Virus record (IMG/VR): IMGVR_UViG_3300027656_000007 | Span: 8,702 to 72,701 of that record | Origin: a virus | Lineage: Duplodnaviria; Caudoviricetes | Reading direction: 5' to 3' (one strand) | DNA: 64,000 nucleotides | Shown here: positions 27,801 through 37,315 of the stretch, piece after piece | Numbering within the stretch: position 1 is the first letter of the stretch | How the letters are laid out: each line of letters opens with the position of its first letter | Position numbers and translations under genes: made by a program | The notes under the pieces: generated by a model | The model's database searches: none | Told to the model about the DNA's origin: nothing | Seen by the model: the letters and a program-made list of their open reading frames with translations, nothing else

Positions 27801-30800
27801 AGCGGACTTTGACATTGCAAATGAAATGTATGGTGCGTTCACATTTGTTGAAACAGGTAATGTACAGGCTGACACAGGTTGGGTATGTACAAACAACCTT
27901 GCCAATCCAATCACAGTTGGCACAACACCAATCGTATTCACACAGTTCTCTGGTGCAGGTCAGTTCACTGCTGGCACTGCATTGTCACTAGATGGCACAA
28001 CTTTCAACGTCAACACTGACGGTACTGCCAATGCTACAATTGGTGTCAACGGTAGTAACCAGTTGATTGTTCCTGCAAATGCAACCCTAACTACACCTAA
28101 CATTGGTGCGGCAACAGGTACAAGTCTAAGTGCAACTGGCAACATTGCTGGTGGCAATGCACTGATTTCTGGATTGATTTCTGCAACAGCAACAGGTACA
28201 TTTGGCAATGTGGCCACAGGTGGCACAGTGAGTGCTACTGGAACAGGTACATTTGGTAATGTTTCAACTGCTGGTGCAATCAACTCGGCAACTGTCAGTG
28301 CTACCGGCACAGCCACAGTGGGCAACTTGGCCACAGGTGGCACAGTCAGTGCTGCAAGTACCATAACTGGTGGCAACGTAGCCACAGGTGGCACTGTAAG
28401 TGCTGCAGGCAACGTTTCAGGCAGCAACTTGTTGACTGCTGGCCTAGTGAGCGCAACTGGAACAGGTACATTTGGCAACGTAGCCACAGGTGGTACTGTA
28501 AGTGCTACAGGTAACCTAACTGCTGGCAATATTGCAACTGCTGGTACATTCCAAGCAGCAAGTTTGAGTGCAAGTGGCAACATCACTGGTGGCAACATCA
28601 CCACTGCTGGTATTGCTAACTTGACAACTATTCAGTCAACCACAATCAGTGCAAGTGGCACAGCCACAGTGGGCAACGTGGCCACAAGTGGCACAGTCAG
28701 TGCTACAGGAACAGCTACCTTAGGCAACGTGGCCACATCGGGTACTATAAGTGCAACTGGCACAGCTACCTTGGGCAATGTAGACACTGGTGGCACAATC
28801 AGTGCTACTGGCAACCTAACTGCTGGTAATATTGCAACTGCTGGTACATTCCAAGCAGCAAGTCTAAGTGCTACAGGCAACATCACTGGTGGCAACATCA
28901 CCACTGCCGGCACAGCAAACTTGACAACTGTTGAAAGCACAACAATCAGTGCAAGCGGCACAGCCACAGTGGGCAACGTGGCTACATCAGGCACAGTCAG
29001 TGCCGGTGGCAATGTAACAGGTGCTAATGTATTAACTGTTGGTACTGTAAGTGCAACAGGTACAGGCACATTTGGTAACCTAGCAACTGGTGGCACAATC
29101 AGTGCTGTTGGTAACTTGGCAGCTGGCAACATCAGCACAGCAGGTACTTTCCAAGCACAGAGTCTAAGTGCTGTAGGTAATATCACTGGTGGTAACATCA
29201 GCACAGCAGGCATTGCCAACTTGACAACTATTGAAGGCGCAACAATCAGCGTAAGTGGCACAGCCACAGTGGGCAATGTGTCAACCGTTGGTACGGTAAG
29301 TGCAACTGGCAACGTCACCGGTGGTAATGTTAAAACAGTTGGACTAATTTCGGCAACAGGCGACATCAACGGCGGTAACATTTACACAGCAGGCGAAGTA
29401 AGTGCCACTGGAACAGGTACATTTGGTAACATTTCAACTGCTGGCACATTGACTGCATTGACACTGAGTGCTACAGGTAATATCACTGGTGGCAACATTG
29501 CCACAGCAGGTACTGCTAATTTGGCAACAGTAGTGAGTACAACTGTTAGTGCAAGTGGCACAATCACTGGTGGTAACTTGGCCACAGGCGGTACTATAAG
29601 TGCTACCGGCAACATCACTGGCAATGCTAATATCACAGGTGGTAACATCTACACCGGCGGTGTAGTAAGTGCTGTAGGCAACATCACCGCAAATGTTGGC
29701 AGTTTCTTTATTGGTAATGGTTCACAGTTGACTGGTGTAGCAGCTACTAGTGCAACTGCATTGGTCAACGGCAACACCAACATTACAACAGCCACAAACG
29801 GCAATGCTAACGTCACAATCAACGGTACTAGCAACGTTGTTGTGTTTACCACAGCTGGTGTAAACGTCAGTGGCAACGTCAGTGCAACTGGTAACGTCAG
29901 TGCAACAGGTGAGATCACTGGCGGCAACGTGGTCACAGGTGGTGCTGTAAGTGCAACTGGCACAGGTACATTTGGCAACGTTAACACAGCTGGTAGCATA
30001 AGTGCTGGTGGTAACATCATAGGTGGTGCGTTGACTGTAACCACTGCTGCATTGGGTAACCTTGCAATTTCTGGAAATAGCATCACAAATGTAGGAGGCG
30101 GCGTTGTCAACATCAACTCTGCACTGGATGATGTGAACTTTGCTGTCGGCGGCAACAACACAGCCAACATCTTCTTTGTGGATGCTGGAACAGAAACAGT
30201 CAGCATTGGCAGTAATGTACAGACCACAGGAGCCGCGCTAGCTGTTAATGCTACAAGTTCAATATTGTTCCCGGTCGGTAATACCGCACAACGTCCAGCT
30301 ACTGCTGCGGTTGGTATGTTCCGATTCAACACAAGTTTGAACTCACTAGAAGTGTACGACAACACCGGATGGACTGAAGTTAGTGCTCCAGACTTTACGG
30401 TTATTGTTGACGACGAGTTCAACGGTGACGGCAATACAACAGCGTTTACTCTGTCACAGGCAGGAACCACTGCTGGTGCAATTGTGTCCTTGAACGGTGT
30501 TACACAGATTCCAGTTACAGCATACGCGGTAGTGGGAACAACACTGACATTCACTGAAGCTCCAGCAACAGGTGACGTGATCAGTGTCAGACTGTTGACA
30601 ACCACAACCAGTGTAAACAGCATCAGCAACTCCAATGACAGTGCTATAGTTACAGTGTCAGAAAACAGTGGCAACGTGCTGATAACAGGCAATATAATTG
30701 CCAGTAATGGTGTGTTTGTTGGTAATGGTAGCGGTTTGACCAACCTAAACGTAAGTGGCAACACAATCACCAATGGCAACTCCAAAGTTGATGTGACAGC

Positions 30801-31368
30801 ACTCAACGGCAACGTTGCTACAGTGGTCAACAACGCCACAGTGATGACAGTGAGTTCAAATCTAGTAGCTATCACAGGCGACTTCAGTGTAAGTGGCAAC
30901 GCAACACTAAGTGGCAACATTCTAGGCGATAGAATCCAGAACGGCACAACCAGTTTTGATATTCAAACAGCCAGTGGCAATGCCAACATCAGTGTAGGCG
31001 GCACCAGCAACGTTGCAGTGTTTACCACAACTGGTGTGAATGTAACTGGCAACATCAGTGCAACAGGAGATGTAACAGCACAGAACGTTAACTCGTTGTC
31101 TGATATGACTCTCAAGACCAACATCAACCCACTGACCGATGTGGAAGCAATCATCAACAAGTTGTTTGGTGTAGAATACGACTGGAAAAACGGCACAGGA
31201 CACAGTTACGGATTGTTAGCGCAAGACGTAGAAAAAGTGTTGCCAGATGCAGTTAAAACCAGTGACACAGGCTTGAAGTCAGTGAACTACATGATGATTA
31301 TACCATTCTTGATTGAGTCAATCAAGAAACTGGGATCAGAAGTTGCTGAACTAAAGAAAAAGAAGTAA
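24874..31368 (+). CDS. Giant tail fibre (2164 aa) with 17-residue repeats and C-terminal S74 intramolecular chaperone
   Basis: SDMTLKTNI...GVEYDWK...YGLLAQDVEKVLPDAV...VNY..IIPFLIESIK; repeats such as TISATGTATLGNVDTGG. Confidence 0.85.
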   Translation: MAVTRIKNNQITDATIVASTKLVDYSITAGKIANNLTYGSNLTVQGNLTVQGNSTAIDTNITTIEDPVILLASTQTGSPSVDIGFIGQRGTSENIAFVWDESDDVFVTAFTNTAESNTTIAITSLASFKTLNANVTGNLSVTAQSNIANLTVAANSVVSFGNSVISNVGEPIANQDAATKYYVDNISGNAGFFITAGNVTETITPGDDIVFAGTANQTTVVLANIDGNSSSLTFGLANNVSVVANVTVGNILTVSGTVNSNLVPTTTATYNLGSASNTWKDLYLAGNSIYIDIQSIRANADGIQISNTVSAGNFTTVGNVSATGNVIAGNITTGGNASVTGNVTGGNITTAGVVSVTGTATLGNVASGGTLSAVGNVTGGNFKTTGLISATGDVNGGNVYSGGEVSIVGNVTGGNIATAGTAAAAVLSASGNITGGNITSAGTANLTTIQSTTISASGTATLGNVSTAGTVSAAGTATLGNLATTGTISSTGTATLGNIDTGGTISAIGNLTAGNIATAGTFQAQSLSATGNITGGNITSAGIANLTTIQSATISASGTATVGNVATTGTISSTGTATLGNVATAGTVSATGTATLGNVATGGTISAVGNLAAGNIATAGTFQAASLSATGNITGGNITTAGIASLTTVESTTVSATGTVTAGNVATGGTVSAAGTATVGNVSTAGAVSAVGTVTAGNVSTGGSVSATGNVSGANVATGNITATGTTSVTGNITGGNFITTGVVSATGGVAAGNSTVTGTLSVTGTATVGNVATAGTVSATGTGTFGNVNTGGNVSATGIVTGGLTATFGNVNTAGRISATGNISGGNIIVTGEIQSGTITIRSTTANSGIDLFTNGTGNINVNTNWINNVKDPLQAQDAATKSYVDSVVEGLDPKASVHVATYTALPSYTYNNGTAGVGATLTATAVGNLIIDGDLVQNGQRVLVKNEGVNAAYNGIYVVTTAGATATAYVLTRAADFDIANEMYGAFTFVETGNVQADTGWVCTNNLANPITVGTTPIVFTQFSGAGQFTAGTALSLDGTTFNVNTDGTANATIGVNGSNQLIVPANATLTTPNIGAATGTSLSATGNIAGGNALISGLISATATGTFGNVATGGTVSATGTGTFGNVSTAGAINSATVSATGTATVGNLATGGTVSAASTITGGNVATGGTVSAAGNVSGSNLLTAGLVSATGTGTFGNVATGGTVSATGNLTAGNIATAGTFQAASLSASGNITGGNITTAGIANLTTIQSTTISASGTATVGNVATSGTVSATGTATLGNVATSGTISATGTATLGNVDTGGTISATGNLTAGNIATAGTFQAASLSATGNITGGNITTAGTANLTTVESTTISASGTATVGNVATSGTVSAGGNVTGANVLTVGTVSATGTGTFGNLATGGTISAVGNLAAGNISTAGTFQAQSLSAVGNITGGNISTAGIANLTTIEGATISVSGTATVGNVSTVGTVSATGNVTGGNVKTVGLISATGDINGGNIYTAGEVSATGTGTFGNISTAGTLTALTLSATGNITGGNIATAGTANLATVVSTTVSASGTITGGNLATGGTISATGNITGNANITGGNIYTGGVVSAVGNITANVGSFFIGNGSQLTGVAATSATALVNGNTNITTATNGNANVTINGTSNVVVFTTAGVNVSGNVSATGNVSATGEITGGNVVTGGAVSATGTGTFGNVNTAGSISAGGNIIGGALTVTTAALGNLAISGNSITNVGGGVVNINSALDDVNFAVGGNNTANIFFVDAGTETVSIGSNVQTTGAALAVNATSSILFPVGNTAQRPATAAVGMFRFNTSLNSLEVYDNTGWTEVSAPDFTVIVDDEFNGDGNTTAFTLSQAGTTAGAIVSLNGVTQIPVTAYAVVGTTLTFTEAPATGDVISVRLLTTTTSVNSISNSNDSAIVTVSENSGNVLITGNIIASNGVFVGNGSGLTNLNVSGNTITNGNSKVDVTALNGNVATVVNNATVMTVSSNLVAITGDFSVSGNATLSGNILGDRIQNGTTSFDIQTASGNANISVGGTSNVAVFTTTGVNVTGNISATGDVTAQNVNSLSDMTLKTNINPLTDVEAIINKLFGVEYDWKNGTGHSYGLLAQDVEKVLPDAVKTSDTGLKSVNYMMIIPFLIESIKKLGSEVAELKKKK

Positions 31369-31377
31369 AAGAAAAAA

Positions 31378-31413
31378 CAGCAACCGGGAAACCGGTTGCT
31401 GACTCGGCCGAGT
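31378..31413. promoter_or_regulatory. Perfect 10-bp GAAA hairpin plus adjacent 12-bp palindrome between fibre genes
   Basis: CAGCAACCGG-GAAA-CCGGTTGCTG then ACTCGGCCGAGT; the U-tract exists only on the minus strand. Confidence 0.55.
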
Positions 31414-31437
31414 TCATACAAATAAAGGAGAACGAAG

Positions 31438-34400
31438 ATGGCAATTAAGATTAATGGCAATACAGTCATAAGTGACTCACAAGCAATAACGTCAACTAGT
31501 ACAGTGAGTGCTACTGGCAACATCACTGCTGGTAACGTAATAACAGGCGGCACAATCAGTGCCACCGGCAACATCACTGCTGCAAATTTCAGCGGTAATG
31601 TGGTGCTGCCAGCTGGTGGTGCAGTAAGCACAACTGGCAACGTAATTGGCGGTAACGTAGTAACAGGCGGCGCAATCAGTGCCACTGGCAACATCACTGG
31701 TGGCAACATCAGTACCACAAACTACACAGGTACTACTGTAAGTGCCAGTGGCAACATCACCGGTGGCAATGTATTGACCACCGGATTGTTATCTGTTTCA
31801 AACACAGTGACAGCTGGCAACTTGGCCACTGGTGGTACAATCAGTGCCACAGGCACAATCACTGGCGGCAACGTAGCCACAGGTGGTACAATCAGTTCAA
31901 CTGGCAATGCCACAGTTGGCAACATCAGTGCAGTAAACCACACAGGTACTGCTGTAAGTGTCAGTGGCAACATCACCAGTGGCAATGTATTGACCACCGG
32001 ATTGTTATCTGTTTCAAACACAGTGACAGCTGGCAACGTGTCCACAGGCGGTATAGTAAGTGCTACAGGTACAATCACCGGCGGCAACGTGGCTACAGCA
32101 GGTACAGTAAGTGCTACTGGCAACATCACTGGTGGCAACATTTCTACAGCAGGTACATTTGGAGCAGCTAGTCTAAGTGCCAGTGGTAACATCACCGGCG
32201 GCAACGTGGCCTCAGGTGGTACAGTGAGTGCAGCCAGCACCATCACTGGTGGCAACTTGGTCACTGGTGGTGTAGTAAGTTCTACAGGTACAGCCACAGT
32301 GGGCAATGTGGCCACATCAGGTACAGTAAGTGCTACTGGCAACATCACTGGTGGCAACATTTCTACAGCAGGTACATTTGGAGCAGCTAGTCTAAGTGCC
32401 AGTGGCAACATCACCGGCGGCAATTTACTAACTAACGGATTGTTATCTGTTTCAAACACAGTGACAGCTGGCAACTTGGCCACAGGTGGTACAATCAGTG
32501 CCACAGGCACCGCCACAGTGGGCAATGTGGCCACAGCGGGTACAGTAAGTGCAACTGGCAATGCCACAGTTGGCAATATTAGTGCAGTAAACCACACAGG
32601 TACTGCTGTAAGTGTCAGTGGAAACGTAACTGGTGCCAACGTAACAGGTACACACTTTGGATCAGGTGCTGCTTTGTCAAGCATTACTGGCGCCAACGTA
32701 ACAGGTACAGTGCCAAGTGCTACTAGTGCTACTTCAGCTACCACAGCTGGCACCGTGACCACAGCAGCACAGGGTAATATTACCAGTGTTGGTACATTGA
32801 CTGCATTGAGTGTCAGTGGCAACGTGACAAGTGGCAACATCAGTGCTACAAATCACACAGGTACCACAGTGAGCGTAACTGGCAACGTAACAGGTGGCAA
32901 CGTCAACGCTGGTAACATCACAGTTACCCTTGATACCATCAGTAGCTTGGGTACAACACTGACTATTGATCCAGCAGCCAGTGGTAACACAGGTGTTGTT
33001 GTGATCAACGGTAACTTGCAAGTTAACGGTACAACAACAACCATCAACTCCAACGTTGTTAGCACAAACGACTTGACAGTCAACTATGCCAACAACGCAA
33101 TCAACGCTGCCGCAGCCAATGGTGGTGGTATTGAAGTTGGTCCAATTGGTAGTCCGTACATCACTTGGTTGTATAACAGCACCGCTAACGTTTGGACAAG
33201 CAGCCTTGGTATTAGTGCTGTTGGTAATATCACCGGTGGCAACCTGTCAGGCACCAGTATTGTGGGTACATTGACCACAGCCGCTCAAACTAATATTACT
33301 TCAGTTGGTACATTGGGCAGTTTGGCAGTTACAGGCAATACCACAAGTGGCAACTTTGTTGGCACACTTAATGGATCAGGTGCAAACGTTACGTCAATTA
33401 GTGCTACCAATATCAGTTCAGGCACATTGGCTCAAGCAAGACTTGCTAATGCCAGTGTAACATTGGGCAGCACAGCATTAACTTTAGGTAGCACAGTAAC
33501 TACAGTAGCTGGATTGACTAGTGTTACTAGTACAACATTCGTTGGTGCATTAACAGGTGCAGCAACAAGTGCTACCACAGCAGGCACCGTAACAACCGCG
33601 GCACAGGGCAACATCACATCAGTTGGTACATTGTCATCACTAAGTGTCACTGGCAACGTCAATGCTGGCAATGTGATTGCTACACACTTTGGATCAGGTG
33701 CTGCTTTGTCAAGTATCACAGGCGCCAACGTAACAGGTACAGTGCCAAGTGCTACTAGTGCTACTAGTGCTACATCAGCCACAACTGCTGGTACAGTGAC
33801 CACAGCGGCACAGGGCAACATCACATCAGTTGGTACATTGACTGCATTGAGTGTCACTGGCAACGTCAATGCTGGCAATGTGATTGCTACACACTTTGGA
33901 TCAGGTGCTGCTTTGTCAAGCATTACTGGTGCCAATGTAACAGGTACTGTACCAAGTGCAACCAGTGCAACCAGTGCTACATCGGCCACTACCGCAGGAA
34001 CCGTGACCACAGCAGCACAAGGCAACATCACATCAGTTGGTACATTGACATCACTCAGTGTCAGTGGCAACGTGACAGCTGGCAACGTGATTGCTACACT
34101 CAACGGTAGTGGCGCCAACGTTAGTTCAATCAGTGCTACCAACATTAGTTCTGGCACACTGGCACAAGCAAGATTGGCAAATGCAGCAGTTACATTGGGT
34201 AGTACAGCGTTGACATTGGGCGCCACAGTGACTACTGTTGCTGGCTTAGCCAGTGTTACTAGTACATCATTTGTTGGTGCGCTAACTGGTGCGGCATCTA
34301 GTGCAACCACAGCGGGTACTGTGACCACAGCGGCACAAGGCAACATTACTTCAGTTGGTACACTGACTGCATTGACAGTGAGTGGCGCAATCACAGTTAA

Positions 34401-34884
34401 CTCTGGGGCAGCCGTCACAGCCATTGTTAACGGTGCATCAACTGGCGTAGGCAACATTGGTAGCTCAGGCACAACGTTCAATACAGTGTTTGCCAAAGCA
34501 ACCACAGCACAGTACGCTGACTTGGCAGAGAAGTACACAGCAGATGCTGAGTATGCTCCTGGTACAGTGCTGTCGTTTGGTGGCAGTGCTGAAGTTACTG
34601 TGAGCACAGACGGCGATCACCGAGTAGCTGGTGTAGTGTCTACCAATCCTGGATTTGTCATGAATGAAGGATTGGAATCAGAACACGTTGCTATAGTGGC
34701 GTTTACAGGTCGTGTTCCGACTCGTGTAACAGGCACAGTACGCAAAGGTGACTTGATGGTATCTGCTGGTAACGGGTTGGCTCGCGCCGAAACAGCTCCA
34801 GCACCGGGTACAATCATTGGCAAGGCCCTAGAAAACTTTGATGGTGCCGAAGGCACAATCGAAGTTGTGGTTGGACGTTTCTAA
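31438..34884 (+). CDS. Long fibre protein (1148 aa) with internal repeats and C-terminal ADLAE module
   Basis: SATGNITGGN repeats; exact DNA duplications; YADLAEKY...GRVPTRV.GTVRKGD...IIGKALE. Confidence 0.8.
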   Translation: MAIKINGNTVISDSQAITSTSTVSATGNITAGNVITGGTISATGNITAANFSGNVVLPAGGAVSTTGNVIGGNVVTGGAISATGNITGGNISTTNYTGTTVSASGNITGGNVLTTGLLSVSNTVTAGNLATGGTISATGTITGGNVATGGTISSTGNATVGNISAVNHTGTAVSVSGNITSGNVLTTGLLSVSNTVTAGNVSTGGIVSATGTITGGNVATAGTVSATGNITGGNISTAGTFGAASLSASGNITGGNVASGGTVSAASTITGGNLVTGGVVSSTGTATVGNVATSGTVSATGNITGGNISTAGTFGAASLSASGNITGGNLLTNGLLSVSNTVTAGNLATGGTISATGTATVGNVATAGTVSATGNATVGNISAVNHTGTAVSVSGNVTGANVTGTHFGSGAALSSITGANVTGTVPSATSATSATTAGTVTTAAQGNITSVGTLTALSVSGNVTSGNISATNHTGTTVSVTGNVTGGNVNAGNITVTLDTISSLGTTLTIDPAASGNTGVVVINGNLQVNGTTTTINSNVVSTNDLTVNYANNAINAAAANGGGIEVGPIGSPYITWLYNSTANVWTSSLGISAVGNITGGNLSGTSIVGTLTTAAQTNITSVGTLGSLAVTGNTTSGNFVGTLNGSGANVTSISATNISSGTLAQARLANASVTLGSTALTLGSTVTTVAGLTSVTSTTFVGALTGAATSATTAGTVTTAAQGNITSVGTLSSLSVTGNVNAGNVIATHFGSGAALSSITGANVTGTVPSATSATSATSATTAGTVTTAAQGNITSVGTLTALSVTGNVNAGNVIATHFGSGAALSSITGANVTGTVPSATSATSATSATTAGTVTTAAQGNITSVGTLTSLSVSGNVTAGNVIATLNGSGANVSSISATNISSGTLAQARLANAAVTLGSTALTLGATVTTVAGLASVTSTSFVGALTGAASSATTAGTVTTAAQGNITSVGTLTALTVSGAITVNSGAAVTAIVNGASTGVGNIGSSGTTFNTVFAKATTAQYADLAEKYTADAEYAPGTVLSFGGSAEVTVSTDGDHRVAGVVSTNPGFVMNEGLESEHVAIVAFTGRVPTRVTGTVRKGDLMVSAGNGLARAETAPAPGTIIGKALENFDGAEGTIEVVVGRF

Positions 34885-34905
34885 TAGGTAGCAATACCTT
34901 GAACT

Positions 34906-34935
34906 AAAGAAAGGATCTTCGGATCCTTTCTTTTT
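34906..34935 (+). terminator. Terminator with cUUCGg tetraloop
   Basis: AAAGAAAGGATC-TTCG-GATCCTTTCTTT plus T-tract; TAAATA follows at 34939-34944. Confidence 0.9.
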
Positions 34936-34965
34936 GACTAAATATTGTCTAACAATGAGACATAT

Positions 34966-36228
34966 ATGGGATTAACTAGACTTCGTGCTTCGCAAATTTC
35001 TGATATTGACTACAAACAAGCAGTTCGCGCAGTCACCACCACCAATGTCACTCTAAATGGCAGCGCACCAGCTGTAGTGGATGGTGTCTCTCTGTCTCTC
35101 AATAATCGTGTTTTGGTTGCTGCACAGACCGATGCCAGCCAAAATGGCATCTACACTGTGACAACAACAGGCTCGGGCAGCGACGGAACCTGGGCAAGAT
35201 CCGCTGACACCAATGCCACTGGTGAGTTATTGTCCGGTACTATTGTCATGGTCACCGAAGGCACAACCTATGCAGACACACAATGGAAATTGATTACCAA
35301 TGACCCAATTACAATTGGTGTAACTGCATTGACATTTGTTCAAAACTACACAACTGGGGCAATATCAGCAGGCACCAGTAATGTAGTAGTAATCAACAAT
35401 GCCGATGTTGTGATAAGTTCAGCGGGCACTGCCAATGTGCTGACAGTGTCCAATGTAGGTATTGTGGTTGTTGGTACCACAAGTGTGACCGGCAATATTC
35501 AAGGCGGCAATCTAAGAACTGCTGGGTTGATATCAGCTACAGGCAACATTCAAAGTGGTAACTTGCGTACAACTGGGCTAGTATCAGCAACAGGTTCTAT
35601 AACAGGTGCAGCCATCACTGGCACAAGTTTGACAGTAACCACAGGTAACATCACTGCTGGTAACCTGATACTGAGTGGTGCTATTGTTGATAGTGCCCAA
35701 CTAGACATTCAAACCACAGCAGCCAATGCCAACATTGTGCTTACACCTCATGGCACTGGTAATGTTAATATTGTACGCATGAGAGCCACTGGTGACATTA
35801 CATCTACCAGCAACATAGCAGCATTGAACTTTAATTCAACGTCAGCTGACTTGGCAGAAATGTATTCAGCAGATGCTGCATATGCTCCTGGTACAGTGGT
35901 GGTGTTTGGCGGATTGGAAGAAGTCACAATAAATGATCGTGACCACGACACTGCTGTTGCTGGTGTAGTGTCAACTGCTCCAAGTTACTTGATGAATTCA
36001 GCACAGCCAGGTGAGTTTGTGCTGCCCATAGCCCTGACTGGGCGTGTGCCTTGTCAAGTGCAAGGTCCGGTAACTAAAGGAACTGTACTGGTTTCTGGCA
36101 CAGTACCTGGCACCGCAACAGCAATTGTTGTATCAAAATTTAAACCCGGCTGTGTGCTGGGTAAGTCATTGGAAACTATCAGTACCAATGATATAAAAAC
36201 GATTGAAATTGCAGTGGGGCGTTTATGA
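34966..36228 (+). CDS. Fibre-like protein with C-terminal ADLAE module
   Basis: N-terminal KQAVR...DG..L...RVLV..Q...NGIY module shared with the middle of the 2164-aa fibre; start re-called at ATG 34966. Confidence 0.7.
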   Translation: MGLTRLRASQISDIDYKQAVRAVTTTNVTLNGSAPAVVDGVSLSLNNRVLVAAQTDASQNGIYTVTTTGSGSDGTWARSADTNATGELLSGTIVMVTEGTTYADTQWKLITNDPITIGVTALTFVQNYTTGAISAGTSNVVVINNADVVISSAGTANVLTVSNVGIVVVGTTSVTGNIQGGNLRTAGLISATGNIQSGNLRTTGLVSATGSITGAAITGTSLTVTTGNITAGNLILSGAIVDSAQLDIQTTAANANIVLTPHGTGNVNIVRMRATGDITSTSNIAALNFNSTSADLAEMYSADAAYAPGTVVVFGGLEEVTINDRDHDTAVAGVVSTAPSYLMNSAQPGEFVLPIALTGRVPCQVQGPVTKGTVLVSGTVPGTATAIVVSKFKPGCVLGKSLETISTNDIKTIEIAVGRL

Positions 36229-36890
36229 TCACAGAAAAATACAGAACAGATTACGAAGGCGAATTTGTAATCACCGAAAGTCGATGGAGCGGTGGTAAAA
36301 AGACTCAGAATAGAGAATGGGTTGCTAACCCTATCCACAACCAACACATCAGTGGTCGCGCTGCCTGCATTGGCAGCGGTATAAACAAAGACAAATTTGA
36401 TCACACCAGACTACAGCATCACAAAGGCGGCCTGCTGAGTTCAAAAAAATTACAGACCTATGGAACCGGCACAATTGCCAAAGAGATGAGACTGGACTTT
36501 GCAGTGGAGAACAACAAAGACATTCTTCGAGATCTAGTTGATTCTGGGTATTCAACTGACAATATTGTATATGCTACCACACGTAATTGCCTGTTGAATC
36601 CCGGTGAGTTTTATCTAATTCCCTATGGAACACTGATGGCAATCGAAGCGTTGACAGTATGGATGGCAGCATTCGACGGACACAAAGAAGTATATCTGTT
36701 GGGCTATTGCAACGACACCATTGGTTCGGCCAGTGAATGGCATGATCATGTGAACCAGGTGTTTCGGGCGTACCCGTCAACTCGATTTGTTTTGGTTGGT
36801 GAAGAAACCAACACTTCTCGCGAATGGCGTAAAAACGCTAATGTTGCTTGTTTATCGTTTCGAGACTTTGTAACTCACTGCGACGTTTGA
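36225..36890 (+). CDS. Hypothetical protein, likely paralogue of 17757..18344
   Basis: AACIGSG..., VYLLGY motif; ATGA overlap with the upstream gene. Confidence 0.5.
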   Translation: MITEKYRTDYEGEFVITESRWSGGKKTQNREWVANPIHNQHISGRAACIGSGINKDKFDHTRLQHHKGGLLSSKKLQTYGTGTIAKEMRLDFAVENNKDILRDLVDSGYSTDNIVYATTRNCLLNPGEFYLIPYGTLMAIEALTVWMAAFDGHKEVYLLGYCNDTIGSASEWHDHVNQVFRAYPSTRFVLVGEETNTSREWRKNANVACLSFRDFVTHCDV

Positions 36891-37315
36891 ACTGTGTGTT
36901 CCACGGTGGCCATCTTGCCACGCACAGCATCAAAGTTCACAGTTGACCAAAGTCCAGGATGCATGGGTCTAGGCCATGTGCCGCTGTCAATCCATGCCCA
37001 CCCAATGTGTTCGTTGTTTAGCACTGGAACAAATTCACTGGCCACACTGCAAAAAAACGTGTGATAGGCAAATCCGCCATCGCTGCTGGTGAATTTTTCT
37101 ATGGGAATCAGTCTTAGGTAGTCGGGCATATGCCCCAGTTCTTCCTGACACTCGCGAACCATAGCTTCCATCAAAGTTTCGCCTGTTTCAAATTTGCCGC
37201 CCGGCAAGCCCCACGACCCCGGGTGACGTGTATCGTTGCGCAGCAGATAAAGATAGCGTTGAGTGCTCACGCTATAAAACCACACACCCACAGCATTTAC
37301 AGTACTATTCTCCAT
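36875..37315 (-). CDS. NUDIX hydrolase
   Basis: Nudix box GGKFETGETLMEAMVRECQEELG; start uncertain, overlaps the gp15 end. Confidence 0.9.
   Translation of the reverse strand: MENSTVNAVGVWFYSVSTQRYLYLLRNDTRHPGSWGLPGGKFETGETLMEAMVRECQEELGHMPDYLRLIPIEKFTSSDGGFAYHTFFCSVASEFVPVLNNEHIGWAWIDSGTWPRPMHPGLWSTVNFDAVRGKMATVEHTVQTSQ

Noticed and set aside
8000-34420. CRISPR array
   Set aside because: All repeats are in-frame coding repeats with no unique spacers; no cas genes.
25134-34856. Many long minus-strand ORFs (MLPPV...) opposite the fibre genes
   Set aside because: Antisense shadows of repetitive Gly/Asn/Thr codons that lack stops in the reverse frame; no SD or promoters.
24261-36228. Diversity-generating retroelement (TR/VR) among the paralogous fibre C-termini
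   Set aside because: No reverse transcriptase in the window; differences are not adenine-specific; all copies are coding.
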